From an uncultured Lachnospiraceae bacterium (GTDB taxonomy: Bacteria; Bacillota; Clostridia; Lachnospirales; Lachnospiraceae), in assembly GCA_964450185.1 (NCBI GenBank), contig CAYVCL010000002.1, forward strand, positions 8,482 to 72,481: DNA of 64,000 nt, written 5' to 3'. The translations under genes were made by a program, and so were the position numbers. The first letter of the stretch is position 1. Each line of letters starts with the position of its first letter. A model generated the notes under the pieces. The model had not been told where the DNA came from. It worked only from the letters and a program-made list of their open reading frames with translations, and made no database searches. This document shows, piece by piece, positions 28,398-37,236 of this stretch.

Positions 28398-29237
28398 TTA
28401 AATTGCAATAATAATTCCTCCATCATTTGCATACATGCTGCTGACACCAGCCGCATTCAAAATGATAATGTCTTTCACCTTCAAGCGTTTCTGCAATTCC
28501 TCTTTTACCATCTCTGCACGTTCTACGCAATTACAGTTGGTAATTCCAATAATTTTTTCCTCCGGATTTTTCACGTTCTTTTCTACGTAATCCAGCATTT
28601 TCATTAACGCTTTGTTGATACCTCTTGCCTGGTCTAACTGTACAATGTTTCCTTCGCCGTCTTCCCCCATCACAGGTTTGATTTTCAAAGCTCCTGCTAC
28701 CAATGCCTTCACTCTGCTTAATCTTCCGTTTTTACGCAATGTTTCCAGATTTTCAAGAACGAAATACGTACGCATGCCGCGAATATATTCTTCTGTAGTT
28801 TCCACTACCTCACGAAATGCCATTCCTTTTTCTTCACATTCTTGAATCTTTAATGCAATCAGCGTCTGACCAACGGAAGCTGATTTTGAATTAAACACAT
28901 GTATGTTTTTCCCGCCCTTTTCTTCTATATACAAATCACGTCCCAGTACTGCACTATTATAAGAGCCACTTAAGTTTGCAGACAATGTCACAATATAAAC
29001 ATGTTCCTCTTCCCCTTCGCAGGCCTGCTGATATTTTTCCGGCGACGGGCAGGCTGATTTCGGGCAGTTTGGACTTGCTGCCACTGCTTGTAAAAATTCT
29101 GCCTGATTAAAGGTTGCATCATCTATAATTTCAATTCCATCCACCATTAAAGTAAGAGGAATATTTTCAAACTTTCCACTGTTTTTCATTTCTGTTGTCA
29201 ATTCACCGCAACTATCTAAAATGATTTTATAACTCAT
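28398..29237 (-). CDS. DegV-family fatty-acid-binding protein
   Basis: 279 aa with the typical DegV N-terminus (YKIILDSCGELT), size and composition. Confidence 0.8.
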   Translation of the reverse strand: MSYKIILDSCGELTTEMKNSGKFENIPLTLMVDGIEIIDDATFNQAEFLQAVAASPNCPKSACPSPEKYQQACEGEEEHVYIVTLSANLSGSYNSAVLGRDLYIEEKGGKNIHVFNSKSASVGQTLIALKIQECEEKGMAFREVVETTEEYIRGMRTYFVLENLETLRKNGRLSRVKALVAGALKIKPVMGEDGEGNIVQLDQARGINKALMKMLDYVEKNVKNPEEKIIGITNCNCVERAEMVKEELQKRLKVKDIIILNAAGVSSMYANDGGIIIAI

Positions 29238-29340
29238 AGAAACCTCCTTGTAGTCATGTGGTTTTCATTACTACTTATAATAACATAATTGTATACATTT
29301 GAAAAGGGGTAGGTTGCAAGTTGTAGTATCTTTTACATAT

Positions 29341-30645
29341 TTAAATAGAAAAATATTCTTTTACCAGTCTTACCAATGATAACTGATCTTCACTTCCCAT
29401 CAACTCTCTGGAGGAGTGCATGGCTACCAACGGCACACCCACATCCACAGTCATCACCGGAAGCATGGCGGAGGCAATGCTTCCTAAGGTACTTCCGGAA
29501 GTAGCATCCGAACGATTGGTAAACTGGGTATGAGGAATGTCGTATGCCTGACAAATCTGTGTTACAATGGCAATTCCCTCACTATCTGTGGCATAAGACT
29601 GTGATGCCGCCTGTTTGATGCTGACACCTTCGTTTAATGCCCCCTTATTTACCGGATCATGCTTTTTATTCTGGTTTGGATGATAACCATGACCTACGTC
29701 CACAGCCAGAAGCATACTGCTGTCCATAGCACTCTTATATTCCAGTTCGCTGTAACCAAGTGATAAATACACTTTTTCCATCACATGATTCAAAAGCATG
29801 GAACCTGCCCCCTGTTTTGTCTTACTTCCAATTTCTTCGTGATCGAAAAAGGCACCCACATTGATTCCCTTTGCCCGATTTCCCAGCAATAATGCTTTTT
29901 CCACCGCATGAACAGAAGTCATATTATCCAGTCTTGGTGCGGATATAAATTCATCCTCCATTCCCACATAGGAAGCCTGTTCTGTATTATAAAGATTTAA
30001 ATCATAATTTATGATATCTTCTTTTTCCACACCCAGTTCTTTTGCAACATAAGTCAAAAAGAAATCTTTTTTTGCATCTTTTTCGGACTTTTCCGGCAAC
30101 ATGCCAATCACAGGTATCGTATCTGTCTGTTTGTTCAATTCTACCCCTTTATTGATATCACGATTCATATGAATGGCAAGATTTGGAATGATTGCCACTG
30201 GCTTTTTCAAATCTACCAGCCGCATATCCGGATGAAATACATCCGTTCCACGCACTGCTACTCTCCCTGCCACAGATAATGGACGATCCATCCATGTATT
30301 TAACATCAGTCCACCATAGCTTTCCACATTGAGCTTTTCGTATCGCTCCTCTGCCATCTCCGGCTGAATTTTCACACGAAAGCATGGAAAATCTGTATGG
30401 GATGCAGCAATTCGAAATCCGTCTTCTGCTTTAAAATCCGTACCGATGGTGAAGGCAATCATGGTGGTTCCATGGTGAATTACATAATATTTTCCACCTT
30501 TTTTCAAATCCCATTGGTCCTTGATTCGCAGTTCTTTAAAATCCGCTTCCTTCAATTTTTCCGCCACATACGCCACTGCATGAAAGGGAGATACCGATTT
30601 GCCTACCAGTTCCATCAATTCTTTGTTACACACTTCCTTATTCAT
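29341..30645 (-). CDS. M18-family aminopeptidase
   Basis: M18/aspartyl-aminopeptidase-like motifs (SHTDFPCFRVK, FDHEEIGS, MHS). ATG 30645 (AGGAG upstream) preferred over GTG 30675. Confidence 0.8.
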   Translation of the reverse strand: MNKEVCNKELMELVGKSVSPFHAVAYVAEKLKEADFKELRIKDQWDLKKGGKYYVIHHGTTMIAFTIGTDFKAEDGFRIAASHTDFPCFRVKIQPEMAEERYEKLNVESYGGLMLNTWMDRPLSVAGRVAVRGTDVFHPDMRLVDLKKPVAIIPNLAIHMNRDINKGVELNKQTDTIPVIGMLPEKSEKDAKKDFFLTYVAKELGVEKEDIINYDLNLYNTEQASYVGMEDEFISAPRLDNMTSVHAVEKALLLGNRAKGINVGAFFDHEEIGSKTKQGAGSMLLNHVMEKVYLSLGYSELEYKSAMDSSMLLAVDVGHGYHPNQNKKHDPVNKGALNEGVSIKQAASQSYATDSEGIAIVTQICQAYDIPHTQFTNRSDATSGSTLGSIASAMLPVMTVDVGVPLVAMHSSRELMGSEDQLSLVRLVKEYFSI

Positions 30646-30758
30646 TTTTCCACTCCTGTTCTTAATATATTCCACTATTTGGGTTATGTATTATATATTA
30701 TATCATTTTTTTCACTCATTACCATAGTTTCCTTGGGAACATATTTTCTATTATTGTA

Positions 30759-30787
30759 TTGACGTAAAAAACATTAAATGCTACAAT
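30759..30787 (+). promoter_or_regulatory. Sigma-A-type promoter
   Basis: TTGACG (30759-30764), a 17-nt spacer, then TGcTACAAT (extended -10; TACAAT at 30782-30787), upstream of the 30911 gene. Confidence 0.6.
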
Positions 30788-30910
30788 ATATTCACATATC
30801 TGGAAACATTCTTAACCGATTCGGTTGACAATCCACATATGAAAACTAAATATGTCGGATGGTCACACCACTGCATATAAGACTCATCCGATAAGCAAAG
30901 GAGCCATAAA

Positions 30911-31411
30911 ATGATTTCAATAAAAATAACGCACACCAAAGATTTTATGAACAAACTTCTGCTCTCCGAAGCCTTCGATGCTTTCCTCGTTAGGGAAGCT
31001 TCTATTGCGACTTTTTTTACAGCACATTTGGAAGGTAAGCGGAATAAGGATTTCTATACTTCTGAAGAGTTAGAGGAACTTGGTGAACATACAGAGTATG
31101 CTCGTTGGGCGGAATTAAAGCCGCTTTGTTTACAGATAATTAAAGGTAAGAAAACTCCGGTTTCTTTTAAGTTTGTATTTAAGCTTTCTCAAAAAAACAC
31201 GGAAAAATTTATACAGCAAACAGGGCTACCAATGGCAGAACATGATGTTTCAGGACTATTTTTACATATTTTGTTTGAACAGGGCTGTATCACTTGTACC
31301 AGCGGCACTGCATTGAATATTTTCACTATGGATAAGACTTTAGATAAAGAATGGGATACTATGGTGGAACGTTTCTTAAAACAACAGCAGCTGGATTATG
31401 AACTTCTATAA
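30911..31411 (+). CDS. Conserved hypothetical cytoplasmic protein
   Basis: 166-aa ORF with AAAGGAG RBS, its own promoter and a terminator. No family assigned with confidence. Confidence 0.55.
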   Translation: MISIKITHTKDFMNKLLLSEAFDAFLVREASIATFFTAHLEGKRNKDFYTSEELEELGEHTEYARWAELKPLCLQIIKGKKTPVSFKFVFKLSQKNTEKFIQQTGLPMAEHDVSGLFLHILFEQGCITCTSGTALNIFTMDKTLDKEWDTMVERFLKQQQLDYELL

Positions 31412-31426
31412 TTCATAATCCAGCTG
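31388..31426 (+). terminator. Hairpin terminator overlapping the ORF end
   Basis: 15-bp perfect stem CAGCTGGATTATGAA (31388-31402) / TTCATAATCCAGCTG (31412-31426), followed by the T-rich CCTTTCTTTT. Confidence 0.7.
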
Positions 31427-31434
31427 CCTTTCTT

Positions 31435-32040
31435 TTACTTATCTGCTGTTTTCTCGGAAGTGCTTTCTGCATTTTCTACACTGTTTTCATTTGGATAAAT
31501 CAGTCTTTCATCGGTATGAAACAAAGAAGATATTGCACGGAAAAATTTAACTGTAAATTTTCCTCTTTCGTTCAACACATAACCTTCCTCTGTTTCTTCT
31601 ACATTTCCTGATACAATCTGTTCTGCAAAACGCTTATCAAATGCTTTAAATTCGCATACATATTTCTCTTGAAATATTTTTTCCATATCTTCTACCGTAT
31701 ACGCTCCCGGATTTTCTTCCATATAACTTAATGTAAATACAGACACGGAACGCTCTACCGTAACAGGAATCAAGGTAAACAATACCATGTTCACACAGCA
31801 AAATCCAAGAAACATCAAAACAACGTCCTTAAAATCAAATAAGCTTTCCCACTTTCGTTTGCACAAAAACATCAATATTGCTGCTAAAATGCCTGTCATA
31901 AGTATAAAAACAATTCCACGATACATCAGAACTTCCATGCTTCGAAAGAGCGGTGTGTGAAACAATGCCACAAATACCACCGAACAAAGCAAATAAATAA
32001 CAGCGTAGATTCCTACAATCTTTCCCAGTTTCTTAATCAT
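31435..32040 (-). CDS. Membrane protein of unknown function (4 predicted TM + C-terminal soluble part)
   Basis: Start set at MIKKLGK (ATG 32040, AAAGAGGAAG upstream) rather than 32136, which would overlap the upstream gene by 82 nt. Confidence 0.55.
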   Translation of the reverse strand: MIKKLGKIVGIYAVIYLLCSVVFVALFHTPLFRSMEVLMYRGIVFILMTGILAAILMFLCKRKWESLFDFKDVVLMFLGFCCVNMVLFTLIPVTVERSVSVFTLSYMEENPGAYTVEDMEKIFQEKYVCEFKAFDKRFAEQIVSGNVEETEEGYVLNERGKFTVKFFRAISSLFHTDERLIYPNENSVENAESTSEKTADK

Positions 32041-32054
32041 ATATACTTCCTCTT

Positions 32055-34133
32055 TTAATTCCAGAAACAAACCAATTCTTCTAAAATTGAAATCCATTCC
32101 GGATAGTATAAATTCGTTTCCCCGTCCGGTTGCCACAGAACCTGACTATATCCTATTATTACGGTAATACCCACAACAACTGCAAAACCTACCAATACTT
32201 TCTTGTCTAACTGTGGTATCTTTTTTGCATATTCATAAACTTGTAACAAACACCACGCAGACACCATATAAGCCAGTGGCATCACATCTGTTACATATCT
32301 TATCACAACGCCACCCAGACAAAAATCGAGCCATGAAACAAACACTATAATAACCATCATAAGGGCATAGGTGTAATTTCGTACTCTTGCCCCGTTATAT
32401 GTATACTTCTCTTTTTTATTTCTCCGCAATGAGTACAGCAAAAACGGAAGCAGTAAAATTCCAAGTCCTAACAACGGATAGGTCAATAAACCTACGGAGC
32501 TTTCAGAACACATATATTTTCCATAATTTCCCGTATTTATAATTGTAAAATTAAAATATGGAAATGTTTCTGAAATGGTTAGCGGCTGCAGGAAATAATG
32601 CACCATAGCAGGCATAAACAATTTCCATGTCACTTTATTAGCATGAATATCACTTAATGTAAGCTGATACGTTGCTCCAAATTCAAACGGTGAATCGAAT
32701 CTGGCATAATTATATGTCATAACTGCCGCCAGACCTGCCACTACAGGCACCATAAAACTGATTACCGATGCCACACGTCTTTTTACCATTAAGTTTTTAT
32801 CTACCAACACGCTGATAAATAACGGTGCCAATGCAAGAGCACTAAATGCTTTTGTTGCCCTTGTTTCAAAACAAAGGACAAAGGATAATCCACAAATAAC
32901 AAATAAAATACACTGTTTATATTTTGATTTTTCTCCACAGGCACTGACTCCTGTCCATAAACATAAAAACAAAAAACACGTACTTGCCACTGGTGGTACC
33001 ATATAAAAACAGGAATAATTTACCAGATAAGCAAGACCCGAAACGAACACTGCTGAGGTAAGTATCATGCATAATGCCAGAAAATTAACTTTTTTCATAA
33101 ATTTATTCGCAAAAGCAAGTATCGCATTATACATAAAAACAATCGCAAGTATGCCGAAAAATACACATGCCATATTGGTTGTTGGTACATAGCCACCGGA
33201 AATATAATAAAACGGGAAATAGAACACCAAAACCGGACTTGCTCCAAAATAGGAGTAATAATCCCCATCATAATATGCTCTGTCCCAGTAATATCCGATT
33301 CCGGAACTGTCACGTTCTGACCTGTCATAAGGATTCTCCAAATCCTCTAATGCTTCCGATGCCTGTGCTTTCAATGTCAACCTTTTGCTGTAAAAAGCAT
33401 CAAACATCTCTGCGTAAGCATCGCTGTACGTCAAATCACTTTCGCTATATTTTATCGCTTTCTGCTCCGGATTATAAAAACTGAACAAAACTAACGAAGA
33501 TACCAACATTAAAAACCAGATGACCCTTTTCTGCTTTATAGAATTCTTATTGTAGTCATATTTATATAATTTGTAACTTACAATCGCCCACATGAGTACC
33601 AATAATACAAACAGGAAAAGTACGCGCACCCAGGAAAAACGAAATGGTAATGCATTGGAAAGCGTCAAATTTTCCAAACAAATTTCACTGTTTACATCGT
33701 TTAAAATAATCTTAACTTCTCTCAATTTTCCATAACTCAAAAAGGAAGCATCAAATTTTCCATAATCACAGGAAGTATATTTTTGTGCAACCATAATATG
33801 TGTTTTCGAAAAATTGTCATCTGCAATCGCTATCCCACACAAAAACCTTTTTTCTTCACCCGAAAACCCCAACTGCACTGCATTAATGTTAGCGTCATTT
33901 ACACAAAAAATAACTTCTCCATTGCCCCGAAAGTGAATACCATCTTCTAAGATTTCCACGGTTTCCGGTGTAGTCGTCTGAGCGCTGAGAAAATCAACGC
34001 CATATTCCACATTGTCTGTTGTAAAGCTTTTTAAATTAAACACAAAAACTTCCAACAACAACACTACAAACAAACTAATTACAACTCTCTTTATGAATAT
34101 GCGATCTGTCTGACTTGTATATATTTTCTCCAT
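32055..34133 (-). CDS. Large polytopic membrane protein, possibly a GT-C-type glycosyltransferase
   Basis: 692 aa with one N-terminal TM, an extracytoplasmic domain of about 150 aa, then more than 10 TM segments. The aromatic-rich loop YYWDRAYYDGDYYSYFGASPVLVFYFPFYY is reminiscent of PMT/ArnT/YfhO-like enzymes. The family call is tentative. Confidence 0.4.
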   Translation of the reverse strand: MEKIYTSQTDRIFIKRVVISLFVVLLLEVFVFNLKSFTTDNVEYGVDFLSAQTTTPETVEILEDGIHFRGNGEVIFCVNDANINAVQLGFSGEEKRFLCGIAIADDNFSKTHIMVAQKYTSCDYGKFDASFLSYGKLREVKIILNDVNSEICLENLTLSNALPFRFSWVRVLFLFVLLVLMWAIVSYKLYKYDYNKNSIKQKRVIWFLMLVSSLVLFSFYNPEQKAIKYSESDLTYSDAYAEMFDAFYSKRLTLKAQASEALEDLENPYDRSERDSSGIGYYWDRAYYDGDYYSYFGASPVLVFYFPFYYISGGYVPTTNMACVFFGILAIVFMYNAILAFANKFMKKVNFLALCMILTSAVFVSGLAYLVNYSCFYMVPPVASTCFLFLCLWTGVSACGEKSKYKQCILFVICGLSFVLCFETRATKAFSALALAPLFISVLVDKNLMVKRRVASVISFMVPVVAGLAAVMTYNYARFDSPFEFGATYQLTLSDIHANKVTWKLFMPAMVHYFLQPLTISETFPYFNFTIINTGNYGKYMCSESSVGLLTYPLLGLGILLLPFLLYSLRRNKKEKYTYNGARVRNYTYALMMVIIVFVSWLDFCLGGVVIRYVTDVMPLAYMVSAWCLLQVYEYAKKIPQLDKKVLVGFAVVVGITVIIGYSQVLWQPDGETNLYYPEWISILEELVCFWN

Positions 34134-34166
34134 CTGTCCTTTTATACTAAACTCCTCTCTGATTTC

Positions 34167-35111
34167 CTATATCATTCCTATCGTCTTTAACAAATAAATC
34201 CAAAATGTCAATGTCACCGCCGAAAACAGTGTAGTTACCACCACAGCACTGGCCGTCAACACACCATCGTTGTTCATATTTTTTGCCATAATATAGCAGC
34301 TTGGCGTAGTAGGTGCCGCTAACATAACAAGAATTGCTATCATTTTTTCATCCCGGAATCCCAAATGAATGGCAACCGGGATAAAAACAGCCGCCTGCAC
34401 TACCAACTTAATCACCGCTACCGCAACGGTAGGTTTTATCTTTGCCAAAGCCTTTTTCCCTTCAAAGCCGGCTCCAATGGCAATTAACGCCAGTGGTGAT
34501 GCCATGCTTGCCATATTCTGAACTGTTTTGTTAACTACCGTAGGAAATGTGATTCCCAGTAAAGATACCAACAGTCCAAGCAAAATACCAATGATAATAG
34601 GATTTGTTATAATGCCAATCAATGCCTTCTTAATCTTTTCTTTTCCCTGCCCACTGTTTTCTGCTTCTAAGGTTAGCACAATAACGGAATAGATATTATA
34701 CAATGGCACAGAGCCAATAATCATAAGAGGTGCCATTCCCGAAGTGCCATATATGTTCTGAATAAAAGCAATTCCCATCACCGCCGCACTGCTTCGAAAA
34801 GATGCCTGTACAAAAGCTCCGGTAATACTTTTATCTTTGATAAACAATTTTGCCCCACCCCAGATAGCAAAAAAGCATATGGTGGTTGCAATGGCACAAA
34901 ACAACACAAACACAACATCAAAATCCTCTTTGATATTTGCTCCGGAAATATCGCGAAATACCAAAAAAGGCAATGTCACCTTAAAATTAAATTTATTGGC
35001 AACTGTGACAAATTCATCGTTTAACATGCCTACCTGTTTCAGCACATAACCTATCACAATTACCAGAAAAATAGGAAGGGTGGCATTTACACTATAAATA
35101 AAATTTTCCAC
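34167..35111 (-). CDS. AEC (auxin efflux carrier) family transporter
   Basis: 314-aa polytopic protein of typical AEC size and N-terminus (SVNATLPIFLVIVIGYVLK). GTG start immediately after the folA stop. Confidence 0.7.
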   Translation of the reverse strand: MENFIYSVNATLPIFLVIVIGYVLKQVGMLNDEFVTVANKFNFKVTLPFLVFRDISGANIKEDFDVVFVLFCAIATTICFFAIWGGAKLFIKDKSITGAFVQASFRSSAAVMGIAFIQNIYGTSGMAPLMIIGSVPLYNIYSVIVLTLEAENSGQGKEKIKKALIGIITNPIIIGILLGLLVSLLGITFPTVVNKTVQNMASMASPLALIAIGAGFEGKKALAKIKPTVAVAVIKLVVQAAVFIPVAIHLGFRDEKMIAILVMLAAPTTPSCYIMAKNMNNDGVLTASAVVVTTLFSAVTLTFWIYLLKTIGMI

Positions 35112-35606
35112 TTATTCACATCTCTTTTCATATTTTACAAATTCAAATTCCAAATCAAAATAAGTCTGCTCTTCACTGGTTGCTGTAACACTCCACTCAG
35201 GTAATTCATCAAGATTTGGAAAATGCGTATCTGCCTCATAAGCATGATCAATTTTTGTTACGTGAGCAGTATCGCAATAAGGAAGCATTTCTCTGTATAC
35301 ACTTTCTCCACCAATAATATAAACATCCTTGGAATCATACTGCTTTACTTCTTCTAATAATTCTTCTATCGAATGAACAACCACAGCATCTTTTACCTTA
35401 TAGTTTGGGTCTGTGGAAAGAATAATATTGATACGATTCTTTAACGGAAGTCCTCCCGGAAACGTTTCCAAAGTTTTTCTTCCTAAAACAACTACCTTGC
35501 CTGTGGTTTCTTCACGGAAAAATTTCTGGTCGCTTGGAATTCTCACCAATAATTTGTTATTTAAGCCGATAGCCCAATTTTTATCTACTGCTACAATTAA
35601 ATTCAT
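35112..35606 (-). CDS. folA: Dihydrofolate reductase
   Basis: 164 aa with MNLIVAVDKNWAIG…LGRKT… DHFR motifs. Immediately downstream of thyA. Confidence 0.92.
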   Translation of the reverse strand: MNLIVAVDKNWAIGLNNKLLVRIPSDQKFFREETTGKVVVLGRKTLETFPGGLPLKNRINIILSTDPNYKVKDAVVVHSIEELLEEVKQYDSKDVYIIGGESVYREMLPYCDTAHVTKIDHAYEADTHFPNLDELPEWSVTATSEEQTYFDLEFEFVKYEKRCE

Positions 35607-35615
35607 ACTTTCCTC

Positions 35616-36464
35616 CTATACTGCCACAGGAATATTTGTTACCTGCGGTCCTGTTACATAATCTTCTACAATTACATCATTTCTGGTAAATTTATAAAAA
35701 TCTTTGATTTCCGGATTCAGGGTTACCTTTGGTGCCGGATAAGTTTCTCTTGTAATCAATTCTTTTACAATCGGAATGTGTCTGTCATAAATGTGAGCAT
35801 CTGCAATTACATGGACTAGCTCTCCCACTTCCATATCACACACCTGCGCAAACATCATAAGTAAAATGGCATACTGACACACATTCCAGTTGTTTGCAGT
35901 CAAAATATCCTGTGAACGCTGATTTAAAATACCATTTAATGTCAGTTTATCATGACCTTTTTTCTGCGTCACATTAAAAGTCATGCTGTAAGCACAAGGA
36001 TACAAATTCATTTCATGCAAATCCTGATGAACGTATATATTTGTCATAATACGTCTGCTGTAAGGATTATTTTTTAAATCAAACAAAACTCGGTCTACCT
36101 GATCCATCATGCCTTCTTTGTACTGATGCTTTACTCCCAACTGATAGCCATATGCCTTACCAATGGAACCATTTTCATCTGCCCAGCTATCCCAGATATG
36201 GCTGTGTAAATCATTAATATTGTTGGATTTCTGCTGCCAAATCCACAGGATTTCATCGGTAGCACTCTTAATTGCTGTCTTTCGCAAGGTTATCGCCGGG
36301 AATTCCTTGGACAAATCATAGCGATTTACCACACCAAACTGCTTTATCGTATAGGCATAGCTTCCGTCTTCCCATTTTGGACGAACTTTTTCGCCCTCTG
36401 TGCTATATCCATTTTCAATAATGTCCTGACACATCTTTATAAAAATATTATCTGCTAAACTCAT
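35616..36464 (-). CDS. thyA: Thymidylate synthase
   Basis: 282 aa of the ThyA family, including the nucleophile context LYPCAYSMTFNV and DAHIY. Confidence 0.92.
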   Translation of the reverse strand: MSLADNIFIKMCQDIIENGYSTEGEKVRPKWEDGSYAYTIKQFGVVNRYDLSKEFPAITLRKTAIKSATDEILWIWQQKSNNINDLHSHIWDSWADENGSIGKAYGYQLGVKHQYKEGMMDQVDRVLFDLKNNPYSRRIMTNIYVHQDLHEMNLYPCAYSMTFNVTQKKGHDKLTLNGILNQRSQDILTANNWNVCQYAILLMMFAQVCDMEVGELVHVIADAHIYDRHIPIVKELITRETYPAPKVTLNPEIKDFYKFTRNDVIVEDYVTGPQVTNIPVAV

Positions 36465-36479
36465 CTTATTCTCCTTAAT

Positions 36480-37136
36480 TTATCCTTCAAATAAAATAAC
36501 TTCTTTGTCTACCACACCAAAATACACGTCTTCCTGCCGTTCCATTTCTGCCCTTCCATTGGTCCCCTCGGTAATCTCAGCTTCCACAAAACCATACTGG
36601 GAAACAGGAACCAACGCCGTCACTTTTACATTTTCTGCGTAATCGGATTCTAATATCTTAATGTCACGCTGTGCCAACAGATATTGCACTTTTCCGATTC
36701 CATTGTAATCTGTGGTAATCCTTAATTTGGCAGCTAACTGCTTTTCCACAATAACGCTATTTGCAATTCCTTCTTGGGTTGCTTTTGTGTAGGCCCGCAC
36801 AAGACCACCTGTTCCAAGGAGTGTTCCGCCAAAATATCTGGTAACAACCACAACAATATTTCGAATCCCCATGCCTCTTAACACTTCCAACATAGGTTTT
36901 CCTGCCGTTCCTCCCGGTTCTCCGTCATCACTGCAGCGCTCCAGCTCTCCTCTAGAGCCAATCACATAAGCGGAACAGTTGTGTCTGGCATCCCAATACT
37001 TTTTTTTCATTTTTTCGATAAAAGCAATCGCTTCTTCTTCACTTTCCACTGCTTCTACCGTAGCGATAAAACGGGATTTCTTTTCTACAATTTCCCCCTC
37101 ACCGCCTAAATATACACATTTATAACTCTCTACCAT
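36480..37136 (-). CDS. yigZ: YigZ/IMPACT-family protein (UPF0029)
   Basis: KKSRFIA…HNCSAY…DDGEPGGTAG motifs. ATG 37136 (AGGTGA upstream) preferred over GTG 37145. Confidence 0.8.
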   Translation of the reverse strand: MVESYKCVYLGGEGEIVEKKSRFIATVEAVESEEEAIAFIEKMKKKYWDARHNCSAYVIGSRGELERCSDDGEPGGTAGKPMLEVLRGMGIRNIVVVVTRYFGGTLLGTGGLVRAYTKATQEGIANSVIVEKQLAAKLRITTDYNGIGKVQYLLAQRDIKILESDYAENVKVTALVPVSQYGFVEAEITEGTNGRAEMERQEDVYFGVVDKEVILFEG

Positions 37137-37180
37137 ATTTTTCACCTAACGTTTTTATTCACAACTTTATAGTATACCTC

Positions 37181-37213
37181 AAAAAACGACAGACATCAAC
37201 CGATATCTGCCGT
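37181..37213 (-). terminator. Rho-independent terminator after the PBP gene
   Basis: On the minus-strand RNA, an 8-bp stem ACGGCAGA / TCTGTCGT (one G-U pair) at 37186-37193 / 37206-37213, followed by a T-run (A-run 37181-37186 on plus). Confidence 0.6.
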
Positions 37214-37236
37214 CTTCTTATCTGTTTTTATTAAGT

